Source: the human T2T-CHM13v2.0 reference genome, Homo sapiens
NCBI RefSeq assembly: GCF_009914755.1
Contig: NC_060926.1
Direction: 5' to 3' (one strand)
DNA: 64,000 nucleotides
Both the position numbers and the translations under genes were made by a program. The notes beneath the pieces are model-generated. The model was not told the origin of the DNA. It did not search any database and was given only the letters and a program-made list of their open reading frames with translations. Positions 48,826 through 63,144 of the stretch are shown in pieces; position 1 is the stretch's first letter; every line of letters starts with the position of its first letter.

Positions 48826-50499
48826 CATATAGAAATCAGAAGGGAAAAATGTTTATAAAGTGGATAAATACATGGTTTATTTTTGATATTGGTTTTCTGT
48901 GTCTAATGTTACAGGGATGTGATTATTTTTAAAAGTCTACACATGCTTTCAGATACTTATTTTTTCAAAGCTACACAATGGGGTATAACTTCTATCAGCT
49001 TCTCCAGCCCCAAGTACAAATTTGAAAGTGATTATTTCAGACTCTGTTGCTATTGCTGTAACCTGTTCTCCAGTGAATTAGAATAATGGGAGTTGGGTAC
49101 ATCCTCTGTGGCAGTAAAGTTGGCTCTGCTAGTACACAGGGTATTATCTTCTTTGTAATGCTTGCAAGAAGAAGATCAAAAGTAGCTCCGATCTTCATCT
49201 TAAACCATAGATTATGAGTCAACCAGGGTTGGCCCAAGATAAATATCTGATGTGTGGTTAGTCATATGGTGAGTCAGTGTTCTAATCAGTGGTAGAGTTA
49301 ATCAGTCGGGGTTACTCACCATGCCTAACTTTCATGCACTCCTTCCAGAGGGAAAATACATGCATTCTTTTGGCATATTTGGTTTTGCATGTACATCATT
49401 ATGTTTCTCCTCCCACTACCACAAGAAAAAGATATTAATTGTAGTAAAAAATAAAGTTATAAACTTCTGGCAAGCTAAAACTGAGAACAGGTTATCAAAG
49501 GGATGTGTGCCTGTTCACTTTTAGAAGTGTATTAGGTCTTTCATAGCTGAGAAAGGACAGAAATAGGGAGATAAAGTCGTTCACCTCAGATCACAAGCTA
49601 AATTGGTGGTAAAGGCTGGACTAGAATCCAGATGTAATGGGTAACTTTCACCCACATTATGTCCGTCCCATTTAGACTTCCTTGGTTGACTAGTATTGAT
49701 GTAACCAAAAAGACATCTACTCAAAATTCAATATTCTAATGGTAGTTATTGAGAACTTACTATCTGTCTGGTCCTGTTTAAAGAGTAGGACATATAGCAG
49801 TGAATCAGGCACTTTTTTTTTTTTTTTTATCAAGAACTTTCTGGCAAAGATATATATTTTGTTCCTGCGAGAGGCCATTTGTTGCATATCAACAGCCAGA
49901 TAAGCCTTAAACAAACAGGTAATAAAAAGGACAGTCTTGGCTACTCTTTTTGTGATTTAATCTAGAACAACATTTCTCTCTTGGTATTTACTTCATCAGG
50001 CTGATGTAAGGACTTGCTACTGCATTCATTGTCAGCAATGGTCACAGCAGGCCTGAATACTTTTTTGTTGTTGTTAACTGTATTTAAAGGTGTTGTACCA
50101 TTCACTTGCAAAGAAACTGTTTTTATCAAATGAGATTTTGCTTTGGAAGAATGGCAATGGAATTCAGCCATGTTTTTTTCTAAATTAATGTAACATTTGC
50201 ATAATAATATTTTAAAGTAATTGCTTGGGCCACTTTCTTTTTTTATTTTTTGCAGAAGAACTAGCAGATCGCTGTTAGAAAAACATTTGTTAAATTTCCA
50301 AATCATAATGTATTTTAGTGGTGAGAGGAGCTCAGTAAAGGAAATTAAAGGCATCGTGGACTCCACAGAGCATGGAACACAATGAGCTCTCAAAAAGTCA
50401 TTTGTTGGCAGATATTGTTATTCTCATTTTACAGCATTCTGTGTATCTCCTTTATATCACTTATTACAATTAGAATTAATCCTATTCAATTACTTCCGG

Positions 50500-50750
50500 A
50501 GAAGCACCATGGTTAAGTGGCTAAGAGGATGAACTCAGAAGCCAGTTTAGCAGGGCTCATTCCTGCATTTCTGCTCCCATCACCTACTAGCAATATATAG
50601 CTTTGGATATGTTACTAAACTTCTATGTGTCAATTCCTTGAATGTAAATAAGTATAATGTATTACCTATAGCGTTATTATAAGATTTAAATTAGGTAATA
50701 TTTGTGAAGTACTTGGAACAGTGCTCAGTGTATATAATAAGTATTATGCA
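50500..50750 (+). mobile_element. MIR
   Basis: gtggctaagag...gttactaaacttctatgtgtcaattcc...gaagtacttggaacagtgc. Confidence 0.72.
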
Positions 50751-51009
50751 ACTATTTATAAAATGAATAAAAAATTAAAATTTTCCTTTCTTACTAGTCA
50801 TACTGATAGAAAGTAGAACATATCAGTCTTAGTTACTGATTCTCATCTTCTCATCTTCTGTAGTTATGTTTCCAAGTTAGTTGTTCAATAAATTATTATT
50901 GAATGAATGAATGCATTAAAGTTTTAAGGCCCATAAATGGTGAAAAGATCCATCAAGATCATTTGTCATGATTCTATAGATTCTTCAATAGAATAGTAGG
51001 GCTAGTGCT

Positions 51010-51220
51010 ACTACTGATTCTGTGTACCTTCCTTGTTGTTAGACAAATATTATTTCATTTGACATTAAAACAGCCTTAAAATGTAAATATCAAATCTCCA
51101 CCTCACAGGTAAGGCAGCTGAAGTTTGAAGAAGTTAAATAACTTATCAAAAGTTTGGACAGAACCTACAATCAAAACCACGTCCTTTTGATGCCGAAGTT
51201 CATTTTCTTCCATGCTACAC
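51010..51220 (-). mobile_element. MIR fragment
   Basis: ctccacctcacaggtaaggcagctgaagtttgaagaagttaaataactt. Confidence 0.55.
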
Positions 51221-54200
51221 AGTCTTACATCAAGACAGCGTGTTGGCTGATATCAGACAGAGAAGACTAAAATCCACAAGGGGAAATTTATGGAGGTATG
51301 AGAAAAATATTACAGAATGTATTGTATATGGATTTGTCTTTCAAAAGATGTGTCTCCTAGTTTTCCTTCCAAGCAAATGTCAAGCCCAATGATATTAGCA
51401 ATATTCCACATTACTTACTAACATTTTTTTACTAATGTCAATTTATTACAAAGGTAAAGCCGAAGTATGAGGTCATTGCAGTTCAGTTCATAAAATACAA
51501 TTAAGCAAGCTATTTGTAGGTTTGAAGTACAGGATTAACAAAAAAATGCATATGAAATATTTTACCAATGATAAATTAACAAGAAGGCCAGTTTAATTTG
51601 ATATAGCTCAAGTGCAATAAAACAAAGTCAAAAATCGTTACATCCTTAGTCATAAACCATAGTATGTAAACTATAATGCATAAGCCATATATGCTCAGAT
51701 CAGATGAATTTGGAAAGTGAGGGAAAATAAGCAGCCTAGACAACTGTTGAAAACCATGCAAAGCTACCAATGGAATTCTATGATCAAGCTAGGAATTCGC
51801 TGGGCCTGGAGAAGTTAAGTAGCAATGCTGCAGGAGGGATGGAATAGACTGGCACAAGCACATCTTATCTGTTCTTCCTGAATTGAGCTTTGTATACTAT
51901 CAGATTCCACTATACTAGAATGTCTTATATTTGGACTATGTAGAGTACATTGAGCTGAGGGCAATAACAAGTATGAAACACAGCAGGATTTTGAAAAAGA
52001 TTAATATGTCAGCTTAAGGTAGCAACCTGATCCACTTATTACCTCCATTAAATAGCTATAATTGATTATTCATCATTTCAAAACTTATCTCCAAAAAATA
52101 ATAGCATGCTTACCCTATCACACCTGGACTTTGAGTGCATTCTACTCTATTTAAAAACATTGTTTTGAATTCTTTTTATGTCACAATCACTTCACAAAAT
52201 CTAAAAGAAGTCAGAGATACTACCAGGGGCAAAACACACTTGCCCCCTGCTTCTCATTTGTCCTATTTAGACTGGATCCATATTTTTGTCTTGTTTAGTA
52301 GTAAAAGTAAAAGTAAAAGGGGGTGCTTAGAAATCATAGATTGTATTCCAAAACAAACAAGCAAAAACAAACAAACATAAAGCCAGACCCTAACTCTCAA
52401 TTTCATCAAAAAGTAGCAGAACTCTCTTTCATGGCAAGAACAGTGCAAGCTTGTCCTTTGGAAATTCTTCTGAATCAACAAAAGTACGTGTGACTGAATC
52501 GTGTGGCCAAGATGGAATGCTGTGGCAATACAAATTACAGAGAAGATGCACGGCTTTTCATCTGCTGCCCTCACCCGCAGATGTCTGTGGGATGAAAGTA
52601 GTAGTCACTGCCAGCCACCCCAGTCCTGCTGTTCTGACACCCTGTAATCGTTTGCTGTATTCATTACCTCCCTCATCATCCACTAAGCCTCCTCTTAGGG
52701 GTACTTTATGGTACACATTTCACTTTAAAAAATTAAGTCACATCACGATTAATTTTGCCTCGAGGATTTCACAACATCCTTTGAGCTCACAGTAACCCTG
52801 AGGATATTGTGCAATTGGAGTTGGGACTCTCTTGCCTAAGTTATAACTTTGTGAAAGAAAGTGGGTGAAAGTGGGGGAGTTGTTCTTGCTTAAGACAATT
52901 GAGTGGATATTAAGCAAATACACAGGGGTAGGTTTAAAAGTGACTGGCAAATCTGGTAAAACTTTATACATCTCGAGTTATCATTTTTAATGTTCTCACC
53001 TTCTTACAGTATTTTTACAGGCAGTATGCTTTTGCTTGTCCTAAGTAAAATAGCACGCTTTTTTTCTGTTTTTCTCTGGGGCATGTCTTCTGTATGCTAA
53101 TCTGACTCATCATTGTTAATTTAAAATATTATAAATAAGCAAATACATGACTCAATAAATGTGATGAGTAAGGAGAAACTGGTGTTTGCCTAGCCAGCTC
53201 AGACCTACATTTTAATTAAAAAGCATGTCTCATACACCATCAATATGTTTTCAAGTGACCTGTCATGACCAGTTCTAATCACAAGCATGCCATTCACTCT
53301 TTCATAATAAATTGGCAGATTATGCTAATAAAAGAAAGGGAAGCTATCAATTTTACGGGTGCCAGACAAGCTATGCCATTGATTTTATAATTTATGACAT
53401 GCACTTGCAAAATAAAGGTGGCTAAGGAAAGAGTTTCATAAACAGGATAAAATGCTACAGGAGAATAATCAATTAGATTAGTCGACAAATAAGTGGATAA
53501 AAACGTTATGAAAATATTATGCTTTCCTAATGGTCAAACATTCAGGGATTCAGTGTCATATTATATCTGTAAAATCCCACAACAAAAAGGTCTGTGTTAA
53601 TGGCAGCTATATGTCAATTTTTAAGATTGGCTAATTGGTATTTTTAAAAGTATTTGGCTGGAAAATCACAAAGATTCAGTTGATTGGGACTCAAAAATTC
53701 TTTGTTCAAGAGAAAAAGAAGTCATAATACAGGTTGCTATTGATTACACCAATAAAATGTTAAAAATTACTATATGGCACAGTGTTTTGTGACTTTACGG
53801 CCTTTGTCTATGGAAAAACCATTTAGGTTAGTTCACATTTTTATAGAAAATGAGAGTTTGCAATGGAAATAGGAACTTGGGAGCTCACAGAAAAATCAGG
53901 GGTAGACTTGGGATCAGATAAGACATTCTACCTAAATAAGCATGGTTAAATACACATTATGTCTTACATTTTAAGCCAAAACTAGTTGTTTGCTTTTGAT
54001 TAAAAGATTAGATTTTGTTCTGAAGTCCAGTTTCAATATTTTAGTTTTTTCATTAAATTGTTTCTAAATTGAAAAACTTTTGATAAAACTAGAAAAAATA
54101 AGTATACTTATGCTATGTTATTTATTAATATGAACAAAAATCAATTTGTCTAAGCTTTGCTCATCTAAAAATATATATGTATAGCAGACAAAGCAATGCA

Positions 54201-54869
54201 AATTAAACATTTTAAATCTTATACTTGCATTCAACAATCTTTATCTTGTGTAGCGTTAACGCACATACACATACATATGTATATGCACACACACACATAT
54301 TCCTAATACCTAAACACAAGTCAATGTTCATCCAAAGAGTAACAGATCATCGATTACTTCTAGAAATTTCCTGATACCTTTATTATACTGATGTTTATCA
54401 TATTGGATAAATGCTTGTCTTATGGAACTCACAGCACTTTGCATCCAATCATCATGTATTTGGCCACCGTTTCAACAGGGTGAAAATTTAAATGTATTAT
54501 TGATTACAAATGGTCTTATTTAGGTAATTTCAAGAATATTAAATGTTATGTTGCCCCAAATTGTTATATCTCAGTTAATGGTGAAGTGATATGACTTTGA
54601 ATGCTATGTAATGGCTCCATAATATTTTTTTTGTAAATATAATCTCTAGATCAATTATTAAAATCAGCTAATAATTGGTTGTTTTCAGGTAAAATTGATA
54701 GTTTTTAAAACATTCAAAATAAGTCCATTTGAAAGTCATTCAATTTTGTTAAGAAATCTTTTGCTGAATATTTGTGAAATATGGATATTAAATAACTTTT
54801 GCAACCATAGTATCCACTCATGTTGCAGGTTCTTCTTTCTTGTTGTGGTTTTAATCTCCCCACAAAACT

Positions 54870-54895
54870 AAAAAAAAAAAAAAAAAAAAAAAAAA
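54870..54895. repeat. Poly-A tract
   Basis: About 26 consecutive A. Confidence 0.9.
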
Positions 54896-56347
54896 TTAGC
54901 TACAGATTTGAAGTGATATTTATTTTGCATATGCAAACTATGGGACTCAGCTGATGGATAAGGATGTGTATGCAGTGTTGTTCTATCCATCATCAAATTC
55001 ACTTCTCAACTTTTTTTAATAAGCAAAATAATAGTTTTAAATAAAATACAAGTTGATGATACACTGTCTGGAACAATTACCAACTAGATTTGTGTCCCCA
55101 GTAGTAGCCCCTCATTGGTTCCACTGGTTTCCTGTAATTATTCTGGATCAAAGGACTTTTCATGAAAGAATCATTATTAAGTGTTTTACAAAAGCATTTT
55201 TCCTGTTTAGGGTTAGTTCCTCAAAATGCATCTTGGCCGCACAACTCTAACGCTGTCTTGTGTTTGAACACTTTAAACAACCCCCTCCAGATTCGTCTAG
55301 AGCCTGAAATTAGGTTTATTTTTCTCTCTTTTTTTTCGACCTTTAAAAAAATAAGTAATATTACTAACTGGTCTGAAATATGATCCTTTAAAAACTATGT
55401 GGCATTAACAGAATTCTGCAGTGCAAAAGTACAAAGAAGACTAAAAGAATAAGGGCAAAGGAGAGCAATCATTTGCTTCAGCCTTGCATTATGTTGAACT
55501 TTGGTGGAATGGATCCAAGATGGAATTAAATCCAAATGTTTCCTGGTTTCTTCCATCTTAATAGCCTCATATTTCCTTCCATTTCATCTCATCCACAGTG
55601 TTCACATTTAAAATTGTCATCTTTGAAAACATTGAACATATTTATGGCTTGTCTGCTTCCTGATATATATTCTGATCTATCATATTGTTATAATTGCTAG
55701 ACAACAAAAGAGATTTCAGATTTATATATAATATGGAAATTTAAATTAGGGAGGAAATGTGACTACATCATGCCAACTTCAAAATAAATCCTCCCTCTTA
55801 CTCTAAAAGATATGACAATATTTGTAAAGCTATTTTCCTGACCTTTATAATATGTTTAGCCATTAAATTGCAGAAACCTATGAAGTAGTCCAAGTTCATG
55901 GTATAAAAACAATGAAAACGCAGGATAAAAACACAAAAATAGAGCAGAAAAAATATGGCTATAATGATAAAAAATTAACATGTAATTCCTGTTTCCAGCT
56001 TAATTTATACTACCTTATTTAAATCTTCCACAATATGATGAGATTATTATTCAGTGCCTACAGGGTTGAGATGTTAAAAGCCTTGTCCCATGTCACACTG
56101 CTACTAGGTAATAGAATCAGAATTAAATTTAAACAATTGGATTCCCCTAGACACATTTTTTTCTCTCTTCTTTGAGTAATCTCTGCACATCTTACACTCA
56201 GGGCTGTTGCAAAATAAGAAACTGAAGACAGGAAGTAGAAGGGAAAGAAGAAGAGGAGGAAGTTGGTGTGATTTAGCATTTATACCATCTCTGTGCAGCT
56301 TCTCACTATCAGTATCAAATCAGACTGGCATTTTCTGATTCAGTCAT

Positions 56348-56828
56348 TGTTTTAATCAGGGTTCTCTAGAGGGACAGAACTAATAGGATATATATCTATA
56401 TCTATCTTGATAGATAGATAGAGAGAAAAAGAGAGAGAGAGGAGTTTATTAAGGAGCATTAACTCACGCGATCACAAGTCCCACAATAGACCATCTGCAA
56501 GCTGAGGAGCAAGGAAGCCAGTCCAAGTCTCAAAGCTGAAGAACTTGGAGTCTGATGTTTGAGGTCAGGAAGCATCCAGCTCAGGAGAAAGATGTAGGCT
56601 TGGAGGCTAAGCCAGTCTAGTCTTTTCCACTTTCTTCTGCCTGCTTTTTTTTCTGGCCACACTGGCAACTGATTAGATTGTGCCCACCCAGATTGAGGGT
56701 GGGCCTGCCTTTCCCAGCCTACTGACTCAAATGTTAATCTCTTTGGCAACACCCTCACAGACATACCCAGGATCAATACTTTGCATCCTTCAATCCAATC
56801 ACATTGACACTCAGTATTAACCATCACA
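56348..56828 (-). mobile_element. MLT2A1/2 (HERV-L) solo LTR
   Basis: tcagggttctctagagggacagaac...cagtattaaccatcaca; perfect TSD GTCAT. Confidence 0.93.
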
Positions 56829-56868
56829 GTCATCATTATTTTGGTTACCTAGTTCTCAGCAGGTTCCT

Positions 56869-57181
56869 TTTCTATATAATTTCAACTTTTATTTTAGATT
56901 CAGGGAGTGCATATGCAGGTGTGTAACATGGGTGTATTGTGTGATACTGAGGTTTGGGATATGACTGATCCGGTCATCCAGGTAGTGTGCACAGTACTCA
57001 ATAATTAGTTTCTCAATCCTTACCACTGTCCTCCCTTCCCACTAGTGCCTATTGTTGGCATCTTTATGTCCATGAGTACCCAATGTTTGGCTTTTACTTA
57101 TAAGTGAGAACATGCGGTATTTGGTTTTCTGATCCTATGTTAATTCGCTTAGGATAATGGCCTCCAGCGGCATTCATATTG
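56869..57181 (-). mobile_element. 5'-truncated L1PA15/16-like 3' end
   Basis: ttcaacttttattttagattcaggg...taagtgagaacatgcggtatttggttttctg; 15-bp TSD tctca(g/a)caggtt(c/t)ct. Confidence 0.88.
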
Positions 57182-57204
57182 TCTCAACAGGTTTCTGTAC
57201 AAAA

Positions 57205-57278
57205 AAAAGAAGAGGAAGAGCAAGGAGGAAAAGGAGGAGAACAGAAAAGAGAGGAAGGAGGAGTAGAAGGAGAGAAAT
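57205..57278. repeat. GA-rich low complexity
   Basis: Purine tract. Confidence 0.75.
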
Positions 57279-60247
57279 GACCATTCTACCTAAATAAACA
57301 ACTCTATCTAAATCATGCATCAGCAGGAGGATATTTATGGCCTCAGCACATTTCTTTTACTGCATGCTAGAGACACTTGGCTTTTCCCTCTCAAATTCAA
57401 ATGTCAGTGGAATGGCTAACTCATGTGAACAGGCTTTTTTCCCAGGGAGGAGCCAGCCACACAATAAAATTTAAATGGAAAAAAAGCTTCCTGATGTTTC
57501 TCTGCGGTACTTTGATTCATGCCAACTGCTAGACCAGATTAATTACACAATTGTAAGAGCAGGAAATAAACTAATTGAGGATATTATCCTCCTCTTTCTT
57601 TTCGAGAAATACTGTTTTGTCTTGATATGAGTCCTCTCTTTCACCTTGACTTGTTTTGTTAACTCAACCACTTCTCAAACTTTTCAAGAGGGGACTGTGT
57701 ATGACTTGAACCTAAGTTTTTCCCAAATGAGAAGCAGCAATTACTTTAGTGCTTGCTTCCTCAGTAATGGAATTCTTGATTGCTTTTGAAAGCATTCTAG
57801 CATATAAAAGGGGGGGTCTTTCTGCCAAAAGTAAAATTCTAATTCAAGACAGGTAAAATGGGTAGGGCCTGGTTCAACAGATTAAATCCATATTTTCATA
57901 CTTTAAATCAATCCCTCCTTATCTGTCAGCCATTGTTCAGGGGAACACAGACTTTAGAAGTGCAAATTTTTCCAGCCTAACTCTATTATAATAATGTATG
58001 TATTCAAATATTCTATGAAACTATATTCCAGTAAACATGTGGGAAAAAATAGAGACTTTATTTTACAGGAAATTATCACATTTAATCTTATTTTTGAAGC
58101 TTACTCACAGAAGATAATATATTTAGCAATTTGCTAAATGATAAAAAAAAAACGGAAAATTATACAAATGTTGGTTGTAACATAGTTTTCCTTGAGGAAT
58201 AAAATATATGTTAGTCCAGTAGTCTATTATCAGATTTGGAGAGAGATTTTCATCTCTATCATGCCAATTCCTTTATTGACATAATGTTTCCTTGGCTACT
58301 CTGTTTAATCTATAGAGTTCCTCTCAATACTACTGCTTTTATCATTCTCAGGAATACACAAACTTGAATCTTAATCTGAACCTTGCAATAAAATTATACT
58401 TATAACAGACCTTGAGAAAACTGTATGATTCAAAGACAATTAAATAGGTAAAACCGTGTGTTTGCATCCCAAATTCCCTTCATGGAAGATCTCCAACTAT
58501 ATTCAAGCCTTTGCTAGTGCTAGAAGAAAGCAGCCCATGTTATTCTTTTGTGGCAGAGCAGTGTCTGTTTACTCTTCCTACATCTCCTTCCCATTTCATG
58601 GATTGTGACAAAGCTTTTCCTCAGTTCCAAACTACTTCACTTCAAAGGTCTGGTGGAAATCTCCCCACTTCCTGAAATACCTAGGAAACCCCTCTGTGTC
58701 TGAGTAGCCCTTTCATTATGGGAAAGGCAGGGGGTGAATGACGCTCAGATTAGATCTAAAAGAGACTTGCTATGTCCCGCAGGCATTGTTGGAGAGAGAG
58801 GGTGTTACAGATGTTGGACTGGGGCCCTGGGTCAAATTCATCAGCCCTCATATTTTTCTTTTCTCTTCTTGAGAAAAATATTCCAGATGGTATATATTAA
58901 TGTGTATTTGTAATACTTTTGGCACAGGATAGTGGCAAGATAAGAAAAAGTGAAGTAAACAGAGATGAAAAAGCAAGTTACCAGTGAAACAAAACTGGAA
59001 GCATTTAAGTTTCTAAGTAAGAGACTTCAGAGAATTAGATATAAAAAAGGCCAATTGATTTATCTGTCATTTTGTCTCCCAGTTGGAGGAAAAAAAGAGA
59101 GAAATTTCATAAGATCCACTCTTCCCTTTTAGTGGAGTTGTTTGAAAACAAATATTTTCCAGAGTTAATAAATTTAATGTGGTAAACTTTACAATTACAT
59201 ATTTCTCTTGTTATTGGTCTTAACTATTTTCTGATTCCCTTCACTCATCACTTTATTTCCGAAACTTGCCTGATAAAACTTGCTCAAGCATGTTGTATAT
59301 GGGAATTGCCAGGCAATTGCTAAACAACTGCATATCTCTTAAACTTGAACATAGAGATAATCCATTTTCGGTCATGCACTTTTAAGGTAGTTAGCCTTGG
59401 CCTTACTTCTATGGTAACTTATCCTTGATTGGAAGCCATAGCAGTAGAAATCAAATTCAGTGATCAGAATCGCTTTACAAGAATTATTCAATACATTGAA
59501 TGTAAACGTGATTCATACCTGTTCCCAGCCTCCTGCAAAACTGAAGAATTTGCTGTGTTGTTTTTCTATTTTCCTCTCTCTGGACCTTTATTTAAGCAAT
59601 TCCTCTTGTTCGAAGTATCATAGTCCAGCTTATTGAGAAACAATTCCTTAAGGGTGTTTTTGTGTTCCTACACATTTTTTGAGCAGAGACACGGACTGCT
59701 TCTGTTCCAGGCTATCTTTCCAAAGATGTTTACAGAGAAAACAGCCTAGAAAGATAGAACTACTGTTTTCCTCTGGAGCAAAGCTCGGGTTCTTTTGTCA
59801 CATAACCCACTACTTGTGTAGGCATTACATGGCTGTATTGTATCTTATTACTGTATGTGAATGAGGGCTTAAGGAACTCACAGAAGAAAATTCTGACACT
59901 CTTGCTACTGCTATTTCTGTGACTGATACACTTTCCTTTGTCTCTGACACAGGAGTTTGTGTTTTCTGCCAGCATCTATGAATCTCTGGAAGACTAAATT
60001 ATTAGCTTGGAAATGGAGTAAAATCTCAGACCCTTTATAGTTCTTGATACAGCTTCAATTGTTTTTTTCTTAAAAGAAGTTTTATTTAATCCTTCCTGGT
60101 GTAAATATTAAATATAATAATTCAGTGCTTCCAAAACCTTCTCTGAAAATAAAGCTCCTCTAGCATATGGCTAAATAAACAGACTATTAGATAAATCTCC
60201 TAGAAAATCCCATTTATATTTCTAAATATGAACAGGGAAATCTGTTT

Positions 60248-60581
60248 TATTTTATTTTATTTTATTTTATTTTATTTTATTTTATTTTATTTTATTTTAT
60301 GACAGGATCTTGCTCTGTCACCCAGGATGAATGTACAGTGGTGTGATCACAGCTCACTGCAGCATCGAACTCTCAGGCTCAAGCAATCCTCCTACCTCAG
60401 CCTCCCGAGTAGCTGGGACCACAAGTGTGCACAACCACACCTGGCTAATTTTTTTATTTCTTACAGAGACAGGGCTTTTGTTATGTTACTCAGGCTGGTC
60501 TTGACTCCAAGACTCAAGCAATCCTCCCACCTCAGCCTTCCAAAGTGCTGGGATTACAGGTGTGAGCCACCACACCCAACC
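60248..60581 (-). mobile_element. AluJ with (TTTTA)n tail
   Basis: ctcaagcaatcctcc motifs typical of AluJ; tctgttt on both flanks. Confidence 0.93.
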
Positions 60582-61079
60582 TCTGTTTCTTTTTTAACAG
60601 AATTCCAAATAATTATTATCTCTGGGTATATGATGTATCTAAAACATGTATCGCCACTCTGGGTAAACAGTAAACACTCAATAAATGTCTGTTATTATTA
60701 CAGTCTTCAAAAAGTATTTAATACTTATTAACACTTTTACTCTCCTCACATCTGAAGAGGTTAAAAAAAAGATATCAAAACCCCATTTTTATTACCGATG
60801 AAGGTCAGATTAGAGAACATAACTTTGGTCAATTGTCAAGGCAGACCTACTAATTACATCCTAAAATTAGTTAGATTCACCATTTGGTCTCAGGCAGAAC
60901 TGAACTAGGGCAGAGCTTCCAATATAGAATATTTTCATTTGGGTGGGATTAAAACAGCATAGAAGACTTTGGAAGCTTATCATGAGTTTTGACTTAGAAA
61001 ATGAAGAATAGGAAAACATAGATATACATGAGAATTATGAAGTGTTTAAAGTAAGAAATGCAATAATCTGATGACATAG

Positions 61080-61570
<491 letters not shown>

Positions 61571-62759
61571 GGTTTTTAAATGACCTCTTCAAATTATCTT
61601 ATGACTCAAAGAAGTTAAGGAAATTGCTAAATATCACATGGTTAACAAATGTCACAGCTAAAATTCCAACTGGCAGCTCTAAAACCCTATTACATTATAC
61701 AATCTTGCTAAGGAGTGATGAATGGTGTATTGGAGGTGAGAAAGAACAGAGCATATAGAGAGGTTTGGTCAATAGTGTAAAAATAAAACAATTTGATTCT
61801 AGAGCAAATTTGATTGTCACCCTTTTTCATTTTGATTTATTGAAACCTCAGCAAATCTTGACCCTATGTTATACACTGGGGTAACAATACAATAAGACCT
61901 ACATCTTGTATTGAAAGGTAGATGATAATTTAGTGAGGGATACAAGCCAATATAAGACCACAGTAAACTTGGTCATTGTCATCTCAGAGCTGGACATTAA
62001 GTAAACAGTGGAAAGATATTCAGACATAGAACAGGAGAAGCGAGAATCAGAAGCTTTTCCAAAAATAGTTACCAGGGATTAGCAAGTTACTCCGTACACA
62101 AGATCCTGTGCTAATACAGAATTAATAGTCTTTACCTTTTCATAATGATGCATTGTAATTTTATAAAATCAGAAAATAAGATAATATTAAATTCCTATAA
62201 ATAGTCGGAGACATCTGCTAATCCAATGATAACTCTCATTAGTATTTGAACATTTGATATGGGTTTTACCAAACTATTTTTCTATGCAGTAATGCACTTC
62301 AGAGAAGAATCATAAGAGGTAAATAGCATAAGCGTACCTTTGGGTATGAGTAAACCTTCTCATACCTGAATAACCTTCTCAGGGACACTGAGTTTTCCGT
62401 TACCTTTAGCCATTATCAAATGCATAAAATCCCTGCAAGTTTTCATTCACTCATCCATTTATTTAACCCACAGTGAGTGCTTCCAATGTCCAGGTGCTGA
62501 GCTGACTGCCAGGAAAACAGGACCCCTTTCTACTAAGGGATCATCCAATAAAGTATGGGATAATCAGTCTACTGAGAGAAAATCCATTAAGTTCTAGCAT
62601 CTAGAGTGCACATTCCAGGCGATATTATAGTTCATACCAATAAATCAATGGAAAACATTTACCATGGTTGCAAACTTCCCAGAATTGAACATTTAAAAAT
62701 ATAAAGAGCGTGTGACTATACTACACTTGCAAGACAGTCTATAACTTTTGTTGTCCGTC

Positions 62760-63100
62760 TTTCTGGGATGAACTTCTCAATGGTTCTTTCCTTGACTAAC
62801 TTCTCTTTTAAGTCTCAGCTCCAATGCCTCTTCCTCCTCAGAGAGGTCACTAGTAATCATCCTGTTTGAAGAAGCACCTGTTAACCAAATAAATCACTCT
62901 ATCATGTCATTCTATTTATTTCCTTCAGAGGATTAATTATAATCTAACTGCATTTATTTGTTTACTATCTATTACTTGTCTACATCACTAGAATCTAAAC
63001 TGTTGAGAGCAGAGGCATTATTTATTTTCTTCACAGCTATATGCTTAGCACTTAAACCCCCACACTTAATAATCACTTAATATATAATTTATTAAATAAG
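62760..63100 (+). mobile_element. L2 3' fragment
   Basis: aagtctcagctccaatgcctcttcctc...cactagaatctaaactgttgagagcagagg. Confidence 0.65.
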
Positions 63101-63144
63101 CTAGCCCTAGTCTTCAAGTCTGCACCAACACATAAGATAGTAGT

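Noticed and set aside
49962-50393. 143-aa minus-strand ORF in non-repeat DNA
   Set aside because: Non-ATG start, no recognisable domain, composition typical of AT-rich non-coding DNA
58121-58139. Palindrome atttagcaa-t-ttgctaaat
   Set aside because: 9-bp AT-rich arms are within chance expectation for 64 kb
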